Below, in pieces: positions 27,300 through 35,879 of a stretch of DNA of 64,000 bases (positions are counted from its first letter, which is position 1; each line of letters opens with the position of its first letter). Source of the DNA: Rhodospirillales bacterium (GTDB taxonomy: Bacteria; Pseudomonadota; Alphaproteobacteria; Rhodospirillales; Casp-alpha2). The position numbers were made by a program, and so were the translations under genes. Location: NCBI GenBank assembly GCA_040219295.1, contig JAVJST010000005.1, forward strand, positions 795,557 to 859,556. Direction: 5' to 3'. A model generated the notes under the pieces. That model did not search any database and was not told the origin of the DNA. It saw only the letters and a list, made by a program, of their open reading frames with translations.

Positions 27300-28255
27300 G
27301 ACGCGCGCGCCTTCCAGGCTTTCTCGGCGCGCTGGACAAGGCTTTCGAGTCCGTTTGGCAGGAACAGGATCGAGAGGATCAGCACCAGGCCGTAGATCAG
27401 GGGGCGGACTTGGTCGGCACCGAGCTCGCGAAGCACGATCTCGTTGAGGATCGTCAGCGCGACGCAGCCGAGTATCGGCCCGTAGAAGGTCGCCGTGCCG
27501 CCGACGATGGCCCAGGTCAGCACGAACACCATGACCTCGACATCGAAGCTGTTCGGGTTGATGGTGCCGATATAGTGGGCCAGCAACGTGCCGGCGAGCC
27601 CGGCGAAACCGGAGGCGATCACGAAGGCGAGGGTGCGATAGGCGCGAACGTTGACACCGGCCGCCTGCGCCAACTTGTCCTGCCAGTGCACGGCATGGAA
27701 GGTGAGCCCGATCGGCGAACGCTCGATCCGCCACATAGTCCACAGGCAAAGCAGCAGGACGAAGAGCGAGAAGTAATAGTAGCTCACCGGTTCGAAGAAA
27801 TCGAAATCGTAGATTCCGATCGAGAAATCGGGCATCGGGTCGATGCCCTTCAGCCCCTTCGGCCCGCCGAACGGGTCGCGGAAGCGTTTCCACAGCAGGC
27901 GAATGATCTCGCCGGCGGCGAACGACCCGATCAGGAAGTAGAAGCCCTTCATGCGAAACAAGGGATAACTCAGTAGCATGGCGACGATCGCCGCGGTCGC
28001 CGCACCGAGCAGCATCGATACGGGCACGTATATTCCCAGTTCCTTAGTGAACAGCGCCGAGGCGTAGGCGCCCACACCCATGATCACGACGTGACCCAGT
28101 GACCATTCGCCGGTCAGGGTCAGCAGTCGGTAGGACGACACCAGCAGCACGTTGATCGTGGTGAAGACGAGAATCTCCTGCTGGGAAAAGCTGAGCCCGT
28201 GGGGCAGTGCGATCAGCGCCGCCAGCACGACAGTCAGTGTGACGGCCTTACGCAC
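27296..28255 (-). CDS. livM: ABC transporter permease (LivM-like)
   Basis: 319-aa polytopic protein with LivM-type motifs (GEWSLGHVVIMGVGAYA). Confidence 0.8.
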   Translation of the reverse strand: MRKAVTLTVVLAALIALPHGLSFSQQEILVFTTINVLLVSSYRLLTLTGEWSLGHVVIMGVGAYASALFTKELGIYVPVSMLLGAATAAIVAMLLSYPLFRMKGFYFLIGSFAAGEIIRLLWKRFRDPFGGPKGLKGIDPMPDFSIGIYDFDFFEPVSYYYFSLFVLLLCLWTMWRIERSPIGLTFHAVHWQDKLAQAAGVNVRAYRTLAFVIASGFAGLAGTLLAHYIGTINPNSFDVEVMVFVLTWAIVGGTATFYGPILGCVALTILNEIVLRELGADQVRPLIYGLVLILSILFLPNGLESLVQRAEKAWKARAS

Positions 28256-29117
28256 GGTCGGCGGTCCCGAACAGACCTGTCGGACGGACGATGAGCACGA
28301 CCAGCATCAGCGAGAGCCCGACGATGTCGGCGATGACGCCGTCATAGAAGGTTGTCACCACGGTGTGGACAAACGCGTAAACCACCGAGGCGATCACCGC
28401 ACCTTCGAGCGAACCGACACCGCCGACGATGATGACGATAAAGGCGGTGACGATGACGGAGTGCCCCATGTGGGGATTGACGGAAACCAGCGGTGCAGTC
28501 AGCGCGCCGGCGATCCCGGCGAGTGCAGCGCCGATGAACATGGCGATACGGGCCGTCTGGTTGATCGAGATTCCCTGCAAGGCGGCGGCCTCGGAGTCCT
28601 GGGCGCTTGCTCTGAGCGCCCAGCCGAACTTGGTACGTTTCAGGAAGAACCAGAGCGCCGAGAGTAGCACGACGGCGGCGAGGATGACGTACAGGCGCGA
28701 GACCGGAAGGCGAATCTTGTCCGAGAACGCGATCACTTCCTGGGTCACCGGCGGAATGTGTTCCATGCGAACGCCGAAACCGAGCACGGCGACTGCCTGA
28801 AGAACGATGAGAAAGCCAATCGAAGCGACCAGGCCGCCGAGCGGGTTGTCCCGCAAAGGTCTGAACATTGCCCTTTCCATGGCGAGTCCCAGACAACCCA
28901 CGAAAATCGTGCCGATGGCGACAGCGACGATGAACGGCATCGAAAGGTCGGCGTAAAGAGCAACGATCACGTAGGCGCCGGCCATGAACAGTTCGCCGTG
29001 CGCGAAGTTAATGATACCCATGACGCCGAATATCAGCACGAGACCGACGGCGACCAGAGAGATGTAGCTTGCGGCGTAGAGCGCATTCAGGCCGGTCTGA
29101 GCCAGCAGGTCGAACAT
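28248..29117 (-). CDS. livH: ABC transporter permease (LivH-like)
   Basis: LNALYAASYISLVAVGLVLIFGVMGIINFAHGELFMAGAY is the canonical LivH N-terminus. Confidence 0.85.
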   Translation of the reverse strand: MFDLLAQTGLNALYAASYISLVAVGLVLIFGVMGIINFAHGELFMAGAYVIVALYADLSMPFIVAVAIGTIFVGCLGLAMERAMFRPLRDNPLGGLVASIGFLIVLQAVAVLGFGVRMEHIPPVTQEVIAFSDKIRLPVSRLYVILAAVVLLSALWFFLKRTKFGWALRASAQDSEAAALQGISINQTARIAMFIGAALAGIAGALTAPLVSVNPHMGHSVIVTAFIVIIVGGVGSLEGAVIASVVYAFVHTVVTTFYDGVIADIVGLSLMLVVLIVRPTGLFGTADRA

Positions 29118-29192
29118 GCTTCAGGCTTTCATTGACGAGCGAGTCCGCCGCGGCATGATGATGCCGCGGCGGGTTGCGTATTCAGGCGACCG

Positions 29193-30497
29193 TCAGCCCC
29201 GCTGATCCCACATCTGGCCGTAGGCGGCCATGTGCTTCTTCAGCAGATCGCCGTGCTTGGCGTACCAGTCCGGGATGGACTTGAACGCCTTGATGCGTGC
29301 CTTGCCGTCCTCGATGGCGACGACCGGCCAGTTGCCGACCAGCGCGTTGTCGATGCCGAACAGATCCTTGCCCCACCAATTCGCTTCGCCGAAGGCATGA
29401 AGCCCGGTGCCGCCTTCCTTCATGGCCGCAAGGACGGCGTCAGGCTCAGCCGAACCGGCCTTCTCGGCGGCAGCTGTCCAGAGATCCATGATCGACGCGT
29501 ACTCCCAGCTCACCGCGCCCCATTCGCCGGGATGCCGCTCAACATACTCGGCGAAGAACTTGTTCGGGTTCTGGAAGTTGATTTCGGTGCTTTCGAGCGC
29601 AGGGTCGTCGAAGTCCGGGAACTGGAAGATGAACCCTTCCATGAAGTCCTTCGACGTCTTCTCGATCATCTGGTCGTAGAAGTCCGCGGTGCAGGAGATG
29701 ATCTGGCCATTGTATCCCTGCTGGAACAGTTGCTCGGCAATGGGGTGCACGTAGTCCGAATAGCAGGTGTCGAGACAGACGATATCCGGGTTGCCGGCGA
29801 TCAGTTTGGTCACGACGGGGGCAAAGTCGGTCGTCGCGGGATCGAACAGCAACGGTTCCTCGAGCATGTCGATTCCGGCCGCCTCGAACGCGGCCAGGTA
29901 GGTTGCAACGGACGGCAGGCCGAGTGCATCGTCCTGGGCGCACATCACGGCGGTCTTGAGGTCCGGTTTGTTCTCGGCGAGCCACTCGACGCCGGTCACG
30001 TTGTAGACCGGGTGCACCTCGGCGGGCGCTAGAAGCGTCGGCGTGTCGGGAGATAGATCCGACGGCAACAGTGTGGAGAACAACATGCCGGTCTTGTCAG
30101 CGACCGGCTGGACGCCGGGCCACGTGTCGCCGCCCAACATCATGATAAATTTGACGCCATCCTCGCGGATCAGCTTGGTCGCGCCGGTACGTGCCTTGGC
30201 GGGATCGTACTCGTTATCGTAGCCGACGAACTCGACGTTGTAATTGCCGTCGGCGAGCTTGATGCCGCCTGCGGCGTTGATCCAGTCGGCCCAGATCTGG
30301 CACCCGTCGAGACCTGGCTTACCCCACGCCGCGACCGGGCCGGTCAACGGGGCGAGAAACCCGATCTTGATGGTTCCGTTCGCCGCAAAGACGCGACCCG
30401 GCAAGCTGCTCGAGACGGCAGCGCCGCCCAATGCGGCGGCGGCCCAACTCAGGAACCGTCGACGCGCTAAACTGGAAAGTATTCGATACTGGGACAT
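29193..30497 (-). CDS. type I periplasmic substrate-binding protein (Leu/Ile/Val-binding family) with a twin-arginine signal
   Basis: MSQYRILSSLARRRFLSWAAAALGGAAVSSSLPGRVFA|ANGTIKIGFLAPLTGPVAAWG. ATG 30497 follows GGAGGTGG. Confidence 0.8.
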   Translation of the reverse strand: MSQYRILSSLARRRFLSWAAAALGGAAVSSSLPGRVFAANGTIKIGFLAPLTGPVAAWGKPGLDGCQIWADWINAAGGIKLADGNYNVEFVGYDNEYDPAKARTGATKLIREDGVKFIMMLGGDTWPGVQPVADKTGMLFSTLLPSDLSPDTPTLLAPAEVHPVYNVTGVEWLAENKPDLKTAVMCAQDDALGLPSVATYLAAFEAAGIDMLEEPLLFDPATTDFAPVVTKLIAGNPDIVCLDTCYSDYVHPIAEQLFQQGYNGQIISCTADFYDQMIEKTSKDFMEGFIFQFPDFDDPALESTEINFQNPNKFFAEYVERHPGEWGAVSWEYASIMDLWTAAAEKAGSAEPDAVLAAMKEGGTGLHAFGEANWWGKDLFGIDNALVGNWPVVAIEDGKARIKAFKSIPDWYAKHGDLLKKHMAAYGQMWDQRG

Positions 30498-30581
30498 GTC
30501 CACCTCCATGGAAGAATCCAACCTAAATCGGTCTTGTCGTTCTTATCGTTTTGTTTTGCCGATATTGTAGGGGTGTCCAGA

Positions 30582-30600
30582 TTTTCATCCGAAATGAAAA
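30582..30600. promoter_or_regulatory. inverted repeat TTTTCAT-N5-ATGAAAA in an AT-rich intergenic region
   Basis: Seen directly. It lies 85-103 bp upstream of the SBP start in the only AT-rich stretch of this region. Confidence 0.35.
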
Positions 30601-30605
30601 AGTGG

Positions 30606-30617
30606 ACCAATATTGGT
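30606..30617. promoter_or_regulatory. 12-bp perfect palindrome ACCAATATTGGT (CCAATATT repeated again at 30623-30630)
   Basis: Seen directly. It is a candidate operator for the ABC operon. Confidence 0.35.
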
Positions 30618-30683
30618 TAACACCAATATTTCCAGCCATTAGATGGGTGTTCGCACGAAAATACCCGTCTTTCGATGGATAAT

Positions 30684-31097
30684 TCAGGCCTTCGACAGGG
30701 TCGGATACTTCGCGCGCTTCCAGGCGAACATGCCGCCTTTCATGGCTGCGGCGCTGTCATAACCGGCCTTGGCCAGTCGCGCCGCGTGCCGCGTTGCCGA
30801 AAGATCGCTCTGACACACGAGGACGATGGGGCGATCGTCGCCGACACTGCCTTGCAGGAAGTCATCGAGCCGATCCGGGGTCACATTGATGGCGCCGTCG
30901 ATATGTGCTTGCGAATAGGCTTTTCGATCGCGGAGGTCGAGGAGCAGCATGGATTCGTTGGAATCTTGCATCCTCTTGACGATGTGGACGGGAACGTAGG
31001 TGACAGGCCCCCAGATCTTTCTGGAAATCACCGGCAGCGCCATGAGCAGTAGCACGAGCGCCAGCGGCAGCAGCAGTATCGGGTCCAGATCGAGCAT
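30684..31097 (-). CDS. membrane-anchored single-domain rhodanese (sulfurtransferase)
   Basis: N-terminal TM segment (ILLLPLALVLLLMALPVI) followed by a rhodanese fold with the active-site loop VLVCQSDLSATR. Confidence 0.75.
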   Translation of the reverse strand: MLDLDPILLLPLALVLLLMALPVISRKIWGPVTYVPVHIVKRMQDSNESMLLLDLRDRKAYSQAHIDGAINVTPDRLDDFLQGSVGDDRPIVLVCQSDLSATRHAARLAKAGYDSAAAMKGGMFAWKRAKYPTLSKA

Positions 31098-31197
31098 GGT
31101 GTCGCCATTGGTTCGAGAATTGGAAGAAGTCGGGCGCGGTATCCTATGACACCGCGCCCGTCAGGTTAACTCGGAGAGTACTCCGCTAAGTCCTCGA

Positions 31198-31461
31198 TTA
31201 GAAGTCCGAGGCGTGGCCCTTGAGCGATTCGTTCAAGGAGTCCGCGTTGGATATCTCCATGGCTTTCGCCAATCGGGCCTTGTCGGAGAATTTGGCTCTT
31301 TCTTCTTCGAGCTGGGCATTCTCTGACTTGATCTGGATGAGATGCCAGATCACCCAAGAGGCGATGGCGGCCCATGCGAGGATCATCTCGGAGCCCACAA
31401 ACGGATAGAGCTCCGTCACTTCGTTCAGGTTCTGTGTCCAGGTTTCCAAACCGGTAGACAT
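31198..31461 (-). CDS. small TM plus coiled-coil protein co-transcribed with amt
   Basis: 87 aa with one TM segment (MILAWAAIASWVIWHLIQI) followed by KSENAQLEEERAKFSDKARLAKAM. It starts 16 nt after the amt stop, with a GGGAGA SD. Confidence 0.55.
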   Translation of the reverse strand: MSTGLETWTQNLNEVTELYPFVGSEMILAWAAIASWVIWHLIQIKSENAQLEEERAKFSDKARLAKAMEISNADSLNESLKGHASDF

Positions 31462-31477
31462 ATCGATCTCCCTTCGA

Positions 31478-32881
31478 TCAGTTGATCAGGCCGCGCTCGC
31501 GCGCTTCCTGTATCTCTGCCTCGACAACCTGGGCTTCGTCCAGGTAACGGCCGTGATAGTCGGCCAGATCGAGACCGGCGAGTTCCACCTCGGGCGGAAT
31601 GCGCAACAGGTTCATCTTCTTAAGGATGCCTGCCACGATCCACGCCGGCAGGAAGCCGAGCAGACCGAACATGATCCATGCGCCGACGAACTGACCCCAT
31701 GGGGAGATCGTCGACTCGAGATACATGGATGACGGATAACCCCAGAGCATGAAACCTGCGATGACCACGCCGAACCAGCCGGCATAACCATGTACGGCCA
31801 CCGCACCGACGGCGTCGTCGATCTTGAACTTCCGTTCGACCCAGAAGTGCAGCTTGTACATGAAGATTACGCCGAGGGCCGCAATGAACATCGCCTGGAT
31901 CGGGTGATACAGGTCGTTGCCCGACGAAGCCGCGATGATGCCCGCGAGCCCGGACGAATATGTCCAGAAAGCATCGCCCTTGGAGATGATGTAACCCATC
32001 ATCAGACCGCCGGACAGCGACATCAGGAAGTTGAACGTGATCGCCGATGTCGTCGTCGGTGTCAGGTAGATGTTCGTCGTCGAGAAGAACGACTCGGTCA
32101 TACCTGCCATTTCGCCGACATCGAGGATGGGAATATTGCACGCCACGTAGAATCCCCAGAAGCCGGTGTAGATGAGGAACAGGCCAATCGTCACCAGCCA
32201 GGGGTTGTGCGGCACAATGTTTCGGGGTGTTCCGTCAGCACGGAACTTGCCGATCCGTGGTCCGAGATGACATAGCACGCCAAGCGCGAAGCCGCCGGCG
32301 ATCGCGTGAATGACGCCCGATGCGTAGGCGTCATGATAGCCGAGTTCACGGACCATCCATCCATCCGGATGCCAACCCCAGGCGGCGTCAATGATCCAGG
32401 TGAACGAACCGATTACGACTGCGAGGATCCAGAAAGCCCCCGAGCGGATACGTTCGATGACCGCTCCCGAGACGATTGAGGCGGCGGTCCACGAGAACAG
32501 CAGGAACGCTGCCCAGAACACACCGTTGATGTGCGACCAGTATCCGTCTCCCTCGCTGTTGAGTGTTGCCCCCATGAACGGACTCCACGGCGCCGCCCAA
32601 TTGATATCGGTCAGGCCATATGGTGCCGGATCGGCCCCGATGATTCCCGGGATGCCGTTGTGCCATGAAAAGTAGATGTACCAGCCGAAATAGAAGAACG
32701 TCACGGTGACAAGCGGTATCACCATCGTGTTCTTCATCAGCGTGTGCATCATGTTCTTTCTTCGTGATGCGCCGACTTCGTACATGCAGAAGCCGACGTG
32801 GATCAGAAACATGAAGACGACCGTGATCCAGTAATAGACCTCCGTGAAAATCGTCGTCAGTGCCGCAAGTTGGTCTCCCAT
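31478..32881 (-). CDS. amt: ammonium transporter (Amt/MEP family)
   Basis: 11-TM pattern with conserved GVIHAIAGGFALG and DDAVGAVAVHGYAGWFG (twin-His region). SD GGAGGGG precedes the ATG. Confidence 0.85.
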   Translation of the reverse strand: MGDQLAALTTIFTEVYYWITVVFMFLIHVGFCMYEVGASRRKNMMHTLMKNTMVIPLVTVTFFYFGWYIYFSWHNGIPGIIGADPAPYGLTDINWAAPWSPFMGATLNSEGDGYWSHINGVFWAAFLLFSWTAASIVSGAVIERIRSGAFWILAVVIGSFTWIIDAAWGWHPDGWMVRELGYHDAYASGVIHAIAGGFALGVLCHLGPRIGKFRADGTPRNIVPHNPWLVTIGLFLIYTGFWGFYVACNIPILDVGEMAGMTESFFSTTNIYLTPTTTSAITFNFLMSLSGGLMMGYIISKGDAFWTYSSGLAGIIAASSGNDLYHPIQAMFIAALGVIFMYKLHFWVERKFKIDDAVGAVAVHGYAGWFGVVIAGFMLWGYPSSMYLESTISPWGQFVGAWIMFGLLGFLPAWIVAGILKKMNLLRIPPEVELAGLDLADYHGRYLDEAQVVEAEIQEARERGLIN

Positions 32882-32944
32882 TCACCCCTCCATTTGTTGT
32901 TTCTGGCAGCCGGCGGCTGGTGAAGGCCATCGACCACCACTACG

Positions 32945-32959
32945 GCAAGAGGGGCACCA
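32945..32959 (-). promoter_or_regulatory. sigma-54-type promoter candidate upstream of amt
   Basis: The minus strand reads TGGTGCC-CCTC-TTGC, with GG and GC at the canonical 12-nt offset and a perfect TTGC -12 element. It lies ~64 nt upstream of the ATG. An adjacent weaker match TGGCGAC-GTTG-TCGC is at 32974-32960. Confidence 0.4.
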
Positions 32960-33337
32960 GCGACAACGTCGCCACGAAACACGACGGTCCGTGTTCCGGT
33001 GCCCCAACTACCGAGATCGAATCAGTTCGCGGACGGCAAAACGAGAAGAGAGTTACCTTGACGAAACGGACATGGAGGCCTTGCCGCCGATATCCTCATG
33101 ATCGATCTACGCTTGGGATCGTTCAGGGCGGCGTCAGCGCAGCCGGTTACGTCGGCTACGAGACGGGTATCCACCGAACCCTCCCACCAAAAATCTTGGC
33201 GCGATTCTGCAACGCTCCTCAATTCGGCATCGGGACTAGGCCGAAAGGATGACAAGACGGAATTGTTGGTGACGCCGCCCGGTCGAGGCGGCAAACTTGG
33301 CCGAATTGGCAAGAACACTTGGATAAATTTTCGGTCG

Positions 33338-34915
33338 ATGGCGCTCAACCCAAAAAAGATTCCGGACGAGGATGCCAACCGGGAGCAACATTTTCTGCTG
33401 CACGACGGCGGCACGCACGACACGATGTTCCGTGCGATTGCCAATTTCACTTACGACTGGGAAACCTGGATGGGGGTGGATGACACGCCTAACTGGATTA
33501 ACCCGGCGGTCGAACGCATTACCGGCTATTCCTGTGCGGAATGCTACGCGATGGAGGACTATCCGCTTCCGATCGTGCATCCGGATGACCGGTCGACGAT
33601 ATCTTGGTGTCTCGAGCAGGCGAGAGCGGATCATCCCGGCAACGATGTTGAGTTCAAGATCCTTCACAAAGACGGATCCGAAAGATGGGGCGCCGTGTCC
33701 TGGCAAACCATCATCAATGACCGCGGCAAGCCGGTCGGCTACCGGACTAGTGTGCGCGACATCACGCTACGAAAACACACCGAGCAGGCCCTACGCCGCG
33801 CCCAGCAATCCGCTGAGAAGGCTAGTGCGGACAAGTCCAGGTTCCTGGCTTCCGCCAGTCATGATCTTCGCCAGCCAATTCAAGCCGCGAACATGTTCGT
33901 TGCCGCGCTGACAAGAGAGCGCGACGCGGCGAAGCGTGACCATATTGTCAATTCGCTTCGTGAATCGCTCGACGCCACGAGCGAGTTGCTGGATGCCCTG
34001 CTGGATGTGTCGAGACTGGATTCCGGCGTGGCCGACCCCCATATCGAGACGGTTCATCTGATAGACATTCTCGAACAGATTGAAACCGAGTTTCGCCCGC
34101 AGGCAGAGGAGAAGGGCTTGCGACTGACGGTCGTGCCGTCAAGCCGGTCGATCGCCTCCGATCCCGTGATGCTGCTTCGCATCGTGCGGAACCTGGTTTC
34201 AAACGCCATGCGATACACAGAATCAGGACGGGTGCTGATCGGTGTGAGATTGTACGGAGACAATGTCGGTATCGATGTTTGCGACACCGGCATTGGCATC
34301 GCAGAAGGCGACTTGGAACGAGTATTCGAGGATTTTCAGCAGATCGCCAACCCGGAGCGCGACCGTCGCAAGGGCTTGGGCCTGGGCCTTGCCATCGTTC
34401 GACGCAAGGCCGCCATATTGGGGCTGAGTATCGCGGTCCAATCGGTGGTCGGACGGGGCTCGGTCTTTTCGGTCAGGGGGCCGGCGGCGCACGATCTTAC
34501 ACCCGAAGCGCGCCCGCGCACGGTCAGTTATGACGACATCGACCTCAACGGACATTCGATCCTGTATGTCGACGACGACGAGACGCAGCTCGAGGCGACG
34601 AAAACCCTGCTTGGTCAGTGGGGGCTCGAAGTCGTTTGCGCCACGTCAATCGACCAGGCGGTTGCAGCCGTGAGCGAAGAGCGGTTCATCCCCGACGCGA
34701 TTATCGCGGATTTCCGATTACGCGAAGGGCAGACCGGCGCGACAGCGATCCGTGAAGTGATACGCGCTGCGGGAACCCCAATACCGGCGCTCATTCTGAC
34801 GGGAGATACCGAACCGGATCGGATCGTCGAGGCTACGGCGAGCGGGCATGCCCTACTCCATAAACCGGTGTCGCCATCCATCCTGAAACAGACGCTACAC
34901 GATCTCGTTGTGTGA
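33338..34915 (+). CDS. cytoplasmic PAS-containing hybrid sensor histidine kinase (PAS-HisKA-HATPase-REC)
   Basis: PAS domain (NPAVERITGYS...HKDGSERW...SVRDIT), H-box FLASASHDLRQP, N/G boxes NLVSNAMRYT, DTGIGI and GLGLGLAI, and a C-terminal REC domain (ILYVDDDE...IIADFRL...LTGD...HKP). The ATG 33338 start is uncertain; the track ORF starts at 33098. Confidence 0.8.
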   Translation: MALNPKKIPDEDANREQHFLLHDGGTHDTMFRAIANFTYDWETWMGVDDTPNWINPAVERITGYSCAECYAMEDYPLPIVHPDDRSTISWCLEQARADHPGNDVEFKILHKDGSERWGAVSWQTIINDRGKPVGYRTSVRDITLRKHTEQALRRAQQSAEKASADKSRFLASASHDLRQPIQAANMFVAALTRERDAAKRDHIVNSLRESLDATSELLDALLDVSRLDSGVADPHIETVHLIDILEQIETEFRPQAEEKGLRLTVVPSSRSIASDPVMLLRIVRNLVSNAMRYTESGRVLIGVRLYGDNVGIDVCDTGIGIAEGDLERVFEDFQQIANPERDRRKGLGLGLAIVRRKAAILGLSIAVQSVVGRGSVFSVRGPAAHDLTPEARPRTVSYDDIDLNGHSILYVDDDETQLEATKTLLGQWGLEVVCATSIDQAVAAVSEERFIPDAIIADFRLREGQTGATAIREVIRAAGTPIPALILTGDTEPDRIVEATASGHALLHKPVSPSILKQTLHDLVV

Positions 34916-34939
34916 TGTCGTAGCTAGACCGAGGGCCGG

Positions 34940-35647
34940 CTAGACCGAGGTTCCTTCGGACTCGGACCATTCCCGTGCAATCATCGCGGCGTGCGTCCGG
35001 TTGTCGGCGTTGAGCTTCTGCAGGATGACCTGGATGTGCGTTTTGACTGTGCTTTCATAAACGCCGAGAGTGCGTCCGATTTCTTTGTTGGACTGTCCCT
35101 GCATGATGAGCGTCAAGACCTCCAGTTGACGCGCGGTGAGACTCTGGAGAGGGCCCGGCGCAGTCGCGGCGCCGGTGATGCCGCGGGTAGGTCGTGTCGG
35201 CGCATGTATTGCTTCCGGGAACCTGTCGGCGGCTTGATAGGGTGCCGGCGGCACATATACCTCACCCGACAGGATCAATTCGAGTACATGGCGAAGGCTC
35301 TCATCTGAGAAAGATTTCAGTATGTAGCCGGAGGCGCCGGCATTCATCGCCATGTGGATGCCCGCCTGGTCGTTGAAAGCGGAGAGGATAACGACCGGTG
35401 TCGGTCCGGCCGTTTCGCATGCTAATGCCAGATTTCCCTCCGTTTCCATTCCGGGCATGGAAAGGTCGAGCATCACCAGATCGAGCGGCGTGTCACCGCT
35501 GACGACCTCGAGCGCCCCTTCAAGGTCTGCCGCTTCAACGATGCGCACGCCTGGCACCATTCCTTCGAGCACGAGACGCAGGCCCTGGCGGAACAGGTTG
35601 TGGTCGTCTGCAATCAAGATCGATTTCAGGTTGCTCAGGCCGCTCAT
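34940..35647 (-). CDS. NarL/FixJ (LuxR)-family response regulator
   Basis: REC domain (ILIADDHNLFRQGL...DLVMLDLSMPGM...GYILKS) plus a LuxR HTH (LTARQLEVLTLIMQGQSNKEIGRTLGVYESTVKTHI). Start at ATG 35647. Confidence 0.85.
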   Translation of the reverse strand: MSGLSNLKSILIADDHNLFRQGLRLVLEGMVPGVRIVEAADLEGALEVVSGDTPLDLVMLDLSMPGMETEGNLALACETAGPTPVVILSAFNDQAGIHMAMNAGASGYILKSFSDESLRHVLELILSGEVYVPPAPYQAADRFPEAIHAPTRPTRGITGAATAPGPLQSLTARQLEVLTLIMQGQSNKEIGRTLGVYESTVKTHIQVILQKLNADNRTHAAMIAREWSESEGTSV

Positions 35648-35879
35648 GTTTACGTCAGTCCATGCGATGAGTCGCCGATCACTCCGCTGAAAGTATTGTG
35701 CGTTATCCTGCGTCGTTCGAACAGGATAATCCGGGACTAGTCCTTTCGTAGGATATTCGATACGCAAGGATTGAACCGGCAATTTGGCGCGGCGCAGGCG
35801 CCGCTATCGTCAACTCGATGACGAAGGGGTATCTTGGGGCGGACGATCACGAGTTCGCCGAGACCATGCGGAGGAAGGT

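Noticed and set aside
31105-31125. GGTTCGA motif that could hint at a tRNA T-loop (also near 10305).
   Set aside because: There are no flanking complementary T-stem arms, no acceptor stem or anticodon arm, and no cloverleaf could be drawn.
33197-33211. Sigma-54-like sequence TGGCGCG-ATTC-TGCA on the plus strand upstream of the hybrid kinase.
   Set aside because: The GG-to-GC spacing is one nucleotide shorter than the canonical TGGCACG-N4-TTGC, and the -12 element is TGCA rather than TTGC. Sigma-54 promoters tolerate spacing changes poorly.
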